Positions 55,255 through 64,000 of a DNA stretch of 64,000 nt are shown here, one piece after another (position 1 is the stretch's first letter; each line of letters opens with the position of its first letter). A program made the translations under genes and the position numbers. The notes below the pieces were generated by a model. That model was not told where the DNA came from, made no database searches, and was given only the letters and a program-made list of their open reading frames with translations. Source of the DNA: an uncultured Actinomycetota bacterium (GTDB taxonomy: Bacteria > Actinomycetota > Actinomycetes > Mycobacteriales > Pseudonocardiaceae); the NCBI GenBank assembly GCA_963784265.1, contig CAWAQQ010000011.1, positions 12,768-76,767 on the forward strand, given 5' to 3'.

Positions 55255-56115
55255 TGACCGCCACGGACGCGGCGCCCACGCGCAGCGGCTCGTCGGCAGC
55301 CCGGCGAGCTGGCTCGTGTGGGGCGTGGTGGCGTTCTTCTTCGTCAACCTGGTCGGCGTCATCGGCGCGGTGCTCGTCAGCTCCTTCGGCACCCGGTGGT
55401 TCGGCACCTGGCTGCCCGAGGGGTTCACCACCAGCTGGTACAGCGCGGCATGGCGCGAGTTCGGGCTGTTCGACGTCGTGCTCGTCACCGCTGCAGGTGT
55501 CGCTGCTCGTCGTGGTGATCTCCGTGCTGATCGGCGTGCCCGCCTCGTACGTGCTGGCCCGGCGGAGCTTCCCCGGGAAGAGGATCGTCTACTTCGCGTT
55601 CCTGCTGCCGATCCTGATGCCGCCGATCACCTACGGCATCCCGCTCGCGACGGTGCTGTACAAGTTCGGCCTGGCCGGCAACGCCAGCGGCGTGGTGCTG
55701 GCCAACCTGGTGCCGTCGGTGCCGTTCGTCATCCTGACCATGACCCCGTTCATCGAGCAGATCGACCCCAGCATCGAGTCGGCGGCGCGGATGTGCGGCG
55801 CCGGCATGCGGTCGCTGTTCCTGCGGGTGCTCGGCCCGCTGCTGCGTGCCCGGCATCCTCGCCGCCGCGATCCTGGTGCTGGTCCGCACCGTGGGCATGT
55901 TCGAGCTGACCTTCCTCACCGCGGGCCCCGACTCCCAGACCCTCGTCGTGGCCCTCTACTACTCGATGTCCGCGGCCGGTATCCGGGCCCAGCAGTCGGT
56001 CGACGCGATGGCCGTGATCTACACCTCGACGATGCTGGTGCTGCTCGTCGTGGCGCTGCGATTCGTCAACCCGACCCAGCTTGTGGCGCGCGTGAAGGAG
56101 AACCCCCGACCATGA
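55254..56115 (+). CDS. ABC permease (PotC-like); frameshifts
   Basis: GFTTSWY, IESAARMCGA EAA loop. Confidence 0.88.
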
Positions 56116-56736
56116 TGAAGCTGCACCCGTTCGTCGTCGAGCTCTACCGCCAGCGCGTGCTTCCCGTCCTCCGCTCGCCCTGCCCCGGCGAGGCGTTCGA
56201 CGCGGCGCTCGCCGTCGTCGACGCCGGGCTGGAGGTCGTCGAGCTGACGGCCACGACGCCGCAGTGGCCCGAGGTGCTCAGCCGCGTACGCGGCGAGCGG
56301 CCCGGGGCGATCATCGGCGTCGGCACCGTCACGACGGTCGAGACCGCGGACGCCGCGTTCGACGCCGGCGCGTCGTTCATCGTCAGCCCGTGGCCCGTGC
56401 CCGCCGTCCGGGAGGTCGCGTACGAGTCGGGCACCCCGCTCGTCGAGGGCGCCTTCACCCCGGCGGAGGTCGCGGCCGGGGCGCGCCGGGCGGCGGTGAA
56501 GGTGTTCCCCGCCCACGTCGGCGGCCCTGCCTACCTGCGCAGCCTCCGTGCAGGTGCTGCCCGACGCCATCCTGATCCCGGCGGGGGGCATCAAGCTCGA
56601 ACACGTCTCGTCGTGGATCGAGGCGGGCGCACACGCCGTCAGCATCTGCGAGGATCTTCTCGTGGGTGACCTGCGCGCGCGGCTCGAGGCCGCGCTCGGC
56701 GACGACCGCTGTGCCGACCAGAAGACGAGCGCTTGA
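56112..56736 (+). CDS. eda: KDPG/KHG aldolase; frameshift near 56545
   Basis: PVLR, VELT, GVGTV, FIVSP, TPAE, VKVFPA, P.GGI. Confidence 0.85.
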
Positions 56737-57942
56737 GGATCGTCGACGCGCGGGTGATCGTCACCTGCCCCGGCCGCAACTTCGTGACGCTGAAGATCGT
56801 CACGGACGAGGGCCTGACCGGGGTCGGTGACGCCACCCTCAACGGCCGCGAGCTGGCGGTCGCCGCCTACCTCACCGAGCACGTCGTGCCGCTGCTGCTC
56901 GGGCGCGACCCGGCCCGGATCGAGGACACCTGGCAGTTGCTCTACAAGGGCGCCTACTGGCGGCGCGGACCGGTGACCATGACGCGCGATCGCCGCGGTC
57001 GACACGGCGCTGTGGGACATCAAGGGCAAGGAGGCGGGGCTGCCGGTGTACCAGCTGCTCGGCGGCCGCAGCCGCGAGGGCGTCACCGTCTACGGGCACG
57101 CCAACGGCGCGGACGTCGACGAGGTGCTCGTCGAGGTCGGGCGGTACCTCGACCTGGGCTACCGGGCGGTGCGCGTGCAGACCGGCGTGCCGGGCCTGGA
57201 GACCACGTACGGGGTGAGCAAGGACCGGATGTTCTACGAGCCCGCCGACGCCGCGCTGCCGTCGGAGGCGGTGTGGTCGACCGAGGCGTACCTGGACCAC
57301 GTGCCCTCGGTGTTCCGCCGCGTCCGCGAGGAGTTCGGCCCCGGCCCCCGGCTGCTGCACGACGTGCACCACCGGCTGACCCCGATCGAGGCCGCGCGGC
57401 TCGGCGCGAGCCTGGAGCCCTTCGCGCTGACGTGGATGGAGGACCCGGTGCCCGCCGAGCTGCAGGAGGGCTTCCGGCTGATCCGGCGGCACACCACCAC
57501 GCCGATCGCCGTCGGCGAGGTGTTCAACACGATCTGGGACGCCGAGCTGCTGATCCGCGAGCAGCTCGTCGACTACATCCGGACCACCGTGGTGCACGCC
57601 GGGGGCATCACCCACCTGCGGCGCATCTTCGACCTCGCGGCGCTGCACCACGTGCGCAGCGGATCGCACGGCGCGACGGACCTCTCGCCGGTGTGCATGG
57701 CGGCGGCGCTGCAGCTCGACATCAGCATCCCCAACTTCGGCCTGCAGGAGTACATGCGGCACACCGACGAGACCGACGCCGTGTTCCCGCACGCCTACCA
57801 CTACGCCGACGGCTACCTGCACCCCGGCGACGAGCCCGGCCTCGGCGTCGACATCGACGAGGAGCTGGCGGCCGGATACCCCTACCGGCCGGCCCAGCTG
57901 CCGGTCAACCGGCTGCAGGACGGGACGGTGCACTCATGGTGA
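56733..57942 (+). CDS. manD: D-mannonate dehydratase (enolase superfamily, RspA/ManD); frameshift near 56985
   Basis: [48 protein letters not shown]. Confidence 0.9.
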
Positions 57943-57952
57943 GGGGGCATTC

Positions 57953-59427
57953 ATGGTACGAACCTGCTGACCCTGCACCCCGACGACGACGTGGCCGTCG
58001 CGCTCACCGAGCACGCGGGCGTGGCCGCAGGCCACAAGGTCGCCAGGCGCGACCTGCGCGAGGGCGAGCTGGTGCACAAGTACGGCCAGGTGATCGGCGT
58101 GACCACCGCCGAGGTCCGCGCGGGCGAGCACGTGCACGTGCACAACATGGCGATGCCCGGCGAGCGGCCACGCGTCCCGGCCGGACCGGCGGCACCCGCG
58201 TCCGGTCCCCCCTCCGACACCGGCGCCGGGCGTCGCACGTTCGCCGGGTACCTCCGGCCCGACGGCCGGGTGGCCACCCGCAACTTCGTCGGCGTCCTCA
58301 CCTCGGTGAACTGCTCGGCCACGGTCGCGCGCCAGGTGGCCCGCCGTTTCGAGATCGAGGAGCTGCCCGGGGTCGACGGCGTGGTCGCGCTCACCCACGG
58401 CAGCGGCTGCGGCATGGCCGACCAGGGCCCCGGCTGGGACCTGCTGCGCCGCACCCTGACCGGCTACGCGCGGCACCCCAACATCGGCGGCATCGTCGTC
58501 GTCGGTCTCGGCTGCGAGGTCAACGACCTGTCGGGGCTGGTCGAGGAGCTGGGGGTCGGCGCGCACGTGCCGGTCGAGTGGTTCTCCATCCAGGACGTGG
58601 GCGGCACCGCGGCCGCGGTCGCCGAGGGCGAGCGCCGGGTGCGCGCGATCGCCGAGCGGCTGGGCGGGTCGGCCCGCACGCAGGTGGGGCTGGAGCACCT
58701 GGTCCTCGGCCTGCAGTGCGGCGGCTCCGACGGCTGGTCGGGCCTGAGCGCGAACCCGGCGCTCGGCGTCGCGTCCGACCTGGTCGTCGCCGCGGGCGGC
58801 ACGTCGATGCTCGGCGAGACCCCGGAGATCTACGGTGCCGAGCACCTGCTGGCCTCCCGGGCCGTCGACGACGGCGTGGCGGAGGCGCTGCTGGACCGGA
58901 TCGCGTGGTGGGAGCGCTACACCGCCGAGCAGGGCACGACCCTGGACGGCAACCCGTCGCCCGGCAACAAGGCGGGCGGCATCACGACGATCCTGGAGAA
59001 GTCGCTCGGCGCGGTGGCCAAGGCCGGGCAGAGCCCGCTGGCCGAGGTCGTCGAGTACGCGAGGCGGCCCACCCGGCCCGGGCTCGTCTTCATGGACACC
59101 CCCGGCTACGACCCGGTCTCCGTCACCGGGATGGTCGCGGGGGGCGCCACGATCATCGCGTTCACCACCGGGCGGGGCTCGGTGTTCGGCAGCAGGCCGG
59201 TGCCCACCGTCAAGCTGGCCAGCAACTCCGCGATGGCCACCCGGATGTCCGACGACATCGACGTCGACTGCGGGCCGGTCGCCACCGGCGAGGTCACGCT
59301 GCCGGTGATGGGTGCCACGGTCCTCGACGCCCTGCTCGACGTGGCGTCCGGCCGTCCCAGCGCGGGCGAGGTGCTCGGGCTCGGCGGCGAGGAGATGGTG
59401 CCGTGGCAGCTCGGGGCCGTTCTGTGA
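57953..59427 (+). CDS. uxaA: UxaA family (altronate/galactarate) dehydratase with SAF domain
   Basis: [41 protein letters not shown]. Confidence 0.88.
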
Positions 59428-60883
59428 CGGCGGTCCCCCGCCTCAGCGCCGCGACACTGGGCCGGCTCGAACCCGGGGTGCGCGTGGGCCCGCGCCGCCC
59501 CGACGCCATCGGCATCGTCCATCTCGGCATCGGCGCGTTCCACCGTGCCCATCAGGCGGTGTTCACCGAGGAGGCGATGGAGGCCGACGGCACCGGGCGG
59601 TGGGGCATCTGCGGGGTCACCCAGCGCTCGCGCACCGTCGTCGACCAGCTGGCCCGGCAGGACGGCCTCTACTCCGTGCTCGAACGGGGCACCGACGGCG
59701 TCACGGCCCGCGTGGTGGGCACCGTGCGCGAGGTGGTCTCGGCGGCCGAGCAGCCCGACCTGGTGCGCAGGCGGATCGCCGACCCCGCGGTGGCCGTCGT
59801 GACGATGACGGTCACCGAGAAGGGCTACCGCCGCGACCCGGCCGGCCGGCTCGACCTGGGCGACCCGGTCGTCGCGGCCGACCTGTCGGGCACCCCGCAC
59901 CCCGGATCCGCGGTCGGGAGGCTGGTGCGCGGCCTGCAGTACCGCCGCGACCGGCACGGCGCGCCGATCACCGTGCTGTCGTGCGACAACCTCGTCGCCA
60001 ACGGCGCCGTCCTGCGCGGCCTCGTCGAGGACTTCTGCGCCGCGCTCCCCGCCGCGCAGGGGGACCCGCTGTGGGAGTGGGTCCGCGCAGCCGTCCGCTT
60101 CCCGGGCAGCATGGTCGACCGGATCGTCCCGACGACCACCGACGAGGACCGCGCGCAGGCCGCGGAGCTGCTGGGCGCTGCGCGACGACGGCCTGGTCGT
60201 GGCGGAGCCGTTCCGGCAGTGGGTGATCGAGGACCGCTTCGCCGCTGCCGTCCCGGCCTGGGAGCGGGCAGGCGCGACGCTGACCGGCGACGTCGCGCCG
60301 TACGAGGCCGCGAAGCTGCGCCTGCTCAACGCCACCCACTCCCTGCTGGCCTACGCCGGAGCGCTCGCCGGGCACGAGACGATCGCGGCCGCCGTCCGCG
60401 ACGAGGCGCTGGCCGGGGCGGCCGCCGCGCTGATGGCGGAGGACGCGGTGCCCACGCTGTGCCCTCCCGACGGCCTGGACCTGCGGGACTACCAGCGGAC
60501 CGTGCTGGAGCGCTTCGCCAACCCCGCCCTGCGGCACCGCACGACGCAGGTCGCGATGGACGGTTCGCAGAAGCTGCCGGTGCGCCTGCTCGGCACGATC
60601 CGCGACCGGCTGCGCGCGGGTGCCGAGCCGCGACTGGGCGGCGTTCGCCGTCGCCGCCTGGATGGTCTACGTCGCTCGCGGCCACGACACCGCCGGCCGC
60701 CCCCTGCCGCTGGACGACCCGCTGGCCGACCGGCTGCGCGCGGCCGCCGCCGGGCCGGACGGCGGCCTCGTGGAGCGGCTGCTCGGGGTGTCGGAGGTCT
60801 TCGACCCGGAGCTCCAGGACTCCGCCGTCCTCAGGGCGCTCCTCACCGGGCACGTCGAGCACCTGCTCGCCCGCGTGCCCTGA
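59424..60883 (+). CDS. uxuB: Mannitol dehydrogenase family (mannonate/fructuronate oxidoreductase); frameshifts
   Basis: [50 protein letters not shown]. Confidence 0.85.
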
Positions 60884-60896
60884 CCGCGGCCGGGCA

Positions 60897-60969
60897 GCCC
60901 CATGATCGGCGAAATCGGGACATGCGCTGCACCCGTGCACGCCAGTCCCGATTCTGGCGATCATGGGGC
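60897..60969. repeat. 73-bp imperfect palindrome (REP-like)
   Basis: GCCCCATGATCG..AATCGGGAC...GTCCCGATT..CGATCATGGGGC between convergent genes. Confidence 0.7.
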
Positions 60970-61183
60970 GTCGAGGCGAGGAGCCGGGCCTGTGCGGCCG
61001 CTCGGTACAGGGTGCACGGCCACGGCGCCGCGCGCGTGACCTGCGATCGGCATCCCCGGCACCGCCCGCCCGGGTCGGCGACATGGGCCGCCAGCAGTGC
61101 TCGCCAGACGGTGGGCATGGTGGAGAGCACCACCGGGAGCTGCCAGCTGCTCGGAACATCGGAACCCGGGACCACTCGGTCAT
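60960..61183 (-). CDS. Small putative Zn-binding protein; boundaries approximate
   Basis: VWRALLAAHVADPGGRCRGC...WPC (H-C-C-C). Confidence 0.5.
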
Positions 61184-61296
61184 CCCCTCGATCGTGATCG
61201 ACGGGCCCAGGCTGCTCGCCGCGGCCTTCGGTCACACCCCGTACGGACGCCAACTCGCTGCGTGACTCCCCATCCGGTAGGGAGTAGCGTCGCGGG

Positions 61297-62227
61297 GTGG
61301 CCTCAGTACGGCGGGGGGAGCAGATCGAGCTGGCGAGGTCGCTCCGGGAGCAGCACCGGACATGGACCGCCATCGCCGCAGTCCTCCGCGACCGCTACGG
61401 GGTGAACGGCCGGGTGGCGATGCGGCTCGCGCACGGCTGGAGCCAGGCCGACGCGGCCGCGGCGTGGAACGCGCGGTGGCCGGATGCGCCGAAGACCTTC
61501 AAGAACATCTCGTACTGGGAGAACTGGCCAGGCGCGTCCGGTCACGCACCGTCCCTCACCGTCCTCGACCGGTTGGCGCAGCTCTACGAATGCCACGTCG
61601 CCGACCTCGTGGCCGGCTGGGGCGAGCACCGGCCGTCCGATGACGAGCCCGCCGCAGGCGGGTCCGCCGACGCCGAGTCCGAGACGATGGCGTGGCAGGT
61701 CCGCAACCTCGACCTGCACGAGCTGACGCGCGCCCTCACGGACTGGTCGCGGCGGCTGCCGGGCCCGCAGCGGCGGGCGCAGATGCTCAAGCTCAGCACG
61801 GCGGCGGCCACTGCCGCCGGAGGCCGCAGGGCCGGCGGGACCCCGCGCCGTGGGAGCGGGGCCGAGCCTGCGTGAACTGACCGGTGCTGTGGGACAGCCG
61901 GTACACCTACTTCAGCACCGCTCGCGACGCCGAGTTCGACAGGGGTGCATCGCGTCGAGCTCCGACTCGAGCGCGGCCGGTTGGTGGGTCAGAGCGAGCA
62001 GTCGGCGACGGGCGTCGTTCGAGCTCGATCTCGCTGCCGACGGCATGCTGCTGACCGGCTCGTGGACCGACCGGACGCGCACTGACGGCCACTACCGAGG
62101 AGCCGTCTACCACGGGATCCTGCAGCTCGTCGTCGACCCGACCGGCAGATCGATGACTGGTCGGTGGCTCGGGCCGGACAAGCAGTTCGTGATCAACTCA
62201 GGACACTGGAGCCTCACCCGCGCCTGA
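61297..62227 (+). CDS. XRE-like HTH protein with C-terminal beta-barrel domain; frameshifts
   Basis: RLAHGWSQADAA..KNISYWE; tail LTGSW...YHGILQL..MTGRWLG..INSGHWSL. Confidence 0.65.
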
Positions 62228-62233
62228 CGCCGC

Positions 62234-62551
62234 TCACCCGCCTGCCATCGCCCCCACGATCAGCAGCGGCTCGGCCCCTGCCGCGACGGCGGCGGGGAGC
62301 GGGGCGTCCGGCGGCTCGTGGGAGAGGTCCTCCTCGCAGGCGAAGAACCGCAGGAACGGACGGCGTTGCCGGGTGCCGGCGTCGCGGATCGTGCCGCGCA
62401 GCATCGGGAACCGGGTCTCGAGGGCGCCGAGGACGGCGTCCTGCGTGACCCGGCCGTCGACTGCGACCTCCACCTCCCGGTCGACGTGCGCGAGCTTGCG
62501 CAGGTGTTCGGGAAGCCGGACGCGGATCGTCGCACTCACGTCGGCGCTCAT
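62234..62551 (-). CDS. MoaD/ThiS family ubiquitin-like protein
   Basis: VRLP..LR, L...FP.L, RPFLRFF, C-terminal AMAGG-stop. Confidence 0.85.
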   Translation of the reverse strand: MSADVSATIRVRLPEHLRKLAHVDREVEVAVDGRVTQDAVLGALETRFPMLRGTIRDAGTRQRRPFLRFFACEEDLSHEPPDAPLPAAVAAGAEPLLIVGAMAGG

Positions 62552-63663
62552 GGCAGCGTCTGCACTTCCACCGAGAGGACCGCCGGGAGGTCGCGCACGA
62601 TCGGCGCCCAGCTGTCCCCGGCGTCGGCGGAGACGTACACCTGGCCACCGGTCGTCCCGAAGTAGACGCCGCACGCGTCCAGCGAGTCGACGGCCATCGC
62701 GTCGCGCAGCACGTTGACGTAGCAGTTCTGCTGCGGCAGCCCTGCGGTGAGCGGCTCCCAGTCGTCGCCGCCCGTGCGGCTGCGGTACACGCGCAGCTTC
62801 CCGTCCGGCGGGACGTGGACCGAGTCGCTCGTGATCGGGACGACGTAGATCGTGTCGGGCTCGTGGGCGTGCACGTCGATCGGGAACCCGAAGTCGGTGG
62901 GCAGGTTCCCGCTGATCTCGCGCCACGACTCCCCGCCGTCGTCGCTGCGCATGACGTCCCAGTGCTTCTGCATGAACAGGACGTCCGGGCGCGACGGGTG
63001 GGCGGCGAGGTTGTGCACGCAGTGGCCGACCTCGGCGTCCGGGTCGGGGATGCCCTCGGACTCCAGCCCGCGGTTGACCGGCCGCCAGGTGGTGCCGGCG
63101 TCGTCGGTCCGGAACACGCCCGCTGCCGAGATCGCGACCCACATCCGGGCCGGGTCGCGCGGGTCGACGACGATCGTGTGCAGGCACATCCCACCGGCTC
63201 CCGGCTGCCAGAAGGGTCCGGACCCGTGCTCGCGCAGCCCGGACAGCTCGGACCAGGACTGCCCACCGTCCACCGAGCGGAACAGCGCCGCGTCCTCGAC
63301 CCCGGCGTGGACGACGTCGGGATCGGTCAGCGACGGTTCGAGATGCCAGACCCGCGCGAACTCCCACGGGTGCGGCGTGCCGTCGTACCACTGGTGCGTG
63401 CCGGGCACGCCGTCGTAGGCGAAGTCGTTGCCCACCGGCGCCCAGGTCTGGCCGCCGTCGTCGGAGCGCTGGATCACCTGGCCGAACCAGCCGCCGGACT
63501 GTGACGCGAAGAGGCGGTTCGGGTCCGCGGGCGACGCCGCGACGTGGTAGATCTCCCAGCCCGCGAAGTGCGGGCCGCTGACCTGCCAGTCGTCGCGCCT
63601 ACCGTCGGCAGTCAGGACGAACGCGCCCTTGCGCGTGCCCACCAGTACCCGCACTCCACTCAT
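62548..63663 (-). CDS. BNR/Asp-box beta-propeller (sialidase-like fold), no signal peptide
   Basis: Repeated SxDGGxxW boxes ([44 protein letters not shown]). Confidence 0.9.
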   Translation of the reverse strand: MSGVRVLVGTRKGAFVLTADGRRDDWQVSGPHFAGWEIYHVAASPADPNRLFASQSGGWFGQVIQRSDDGGQTWAPVGNDFAYDGVPGTHQWYDGTPHPWEFARVWHLEPSLTDPDVVHAGVEDAALFRSVDGGQSWSELSGLREHGSGPFWQPGAGGMCLHTIVVDPRDPARMWVAISAAGVFRTDDAGTTWRPVNRGLESEGIPDPDAEVGHCVHNLAAHPSRPDVLFMQKHWDVMRSDDGGESWREISGNLPTDFGFPIDVHAHEPDTIYVVPITSDSVHVPPDGKLRVYRSRTGGDDWEPLTAGLPQQNCYVNVLRDAMAVDSLDACGVYFGTTGGQVYVSADAGDSWAPIVRDLPAVLSVEVQTLP

Positions 63664-63694
63664 CACTTCTCCCTCGGTCGATCGGGTTCGAAGA

Positions 63695-63725
63695 TGCAGA
63701 CCGCCGCGGAGCCCTGATTTCATCG
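63695..63725 (-). promoter_or_regulatory. SigG/ECF-type promoter CGATGA-N18-GTC
   Basis: CGATGA(63725-63720)-18 nt-GTCTGCA, about 30 nt upstream of the propeller ATG. Confidence 0.55.
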
Positions 63726-64000
63726 CCGAGCCGACTGGTCCCCCGGACCATCCGGCGAACGGAGCAAACCGGAGCCCGCTCGTCGCTTCCGGAGGCACAG
63801 ATCGTCTCAGCCGCCCGATCCAGACGCGCGGGGCGGTCCGAGGTTGTCTACGTTCCTTCACGGATCAATGACGGCACGGTCACGAACAGGACACGCGGCT
63901 CCCCGCCCACCCGCTCCCCAACGGCGTCCTGCCGTGCCGTCGATCCGGAAGGCAGGTCGTGGCTCGGCATCGCTCCCCCCACAGCCGACACAGCCACCGC

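Overview
High-GC actinobacterial chromosome segment, most likely Pseudonocardiaceae (Pseudonocardia-like). Many single-base frameshifts occur even in housekeeping genes (rho, lysA, wecA, tsaC), which points to uncorrected long-read indels, so broken genes are reconstructed here and mostly not called pseudogenes. 1-20.5 kb is the conserved core block atpF/E/B/I/Z, wecA, glyA, tsaC, prmC, prfA, rpmE, rho, thrB, thrC, hom, lysA, followed by a catalytically deleted argS-like gene. A DUF559-like endonuclease gene bracketed by an inverted pair of 57-bp palindromes sits inside this block. tRNA-Arg(CCG) at 20565-20639 is the target of a 6.5-kb integrative island, with a 58-bp att duplication at 20595-20652/27095-27152 and paired arm-type repeats. 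The island carries a tyrosine integrase-GntR fusion, a stand-alone proteasome-beta-like Ntn hydrolase, a tightly coupled STAND-like ATPase + FRG-domain pair (best candidate for an undescribed anti-phage system) and a decayed vapC. 27-49 kb is accessory metabolism and regulation, including a SARP-AAA-LuxR regulator with two 11-bp-phased TCAAG promoters and a ferritin-like + truncated DUF6603-like remnant. 49-61 kb is a LacI-controlled hexuronate cluster. The window ends with an XRE-beta-barrel regulator and a beta-propeller + MoaD/ThiS ubiquitin-like pair behind a SigG-type promoter. All family assignments are by eye from motifs and gene order; no database searches were run.
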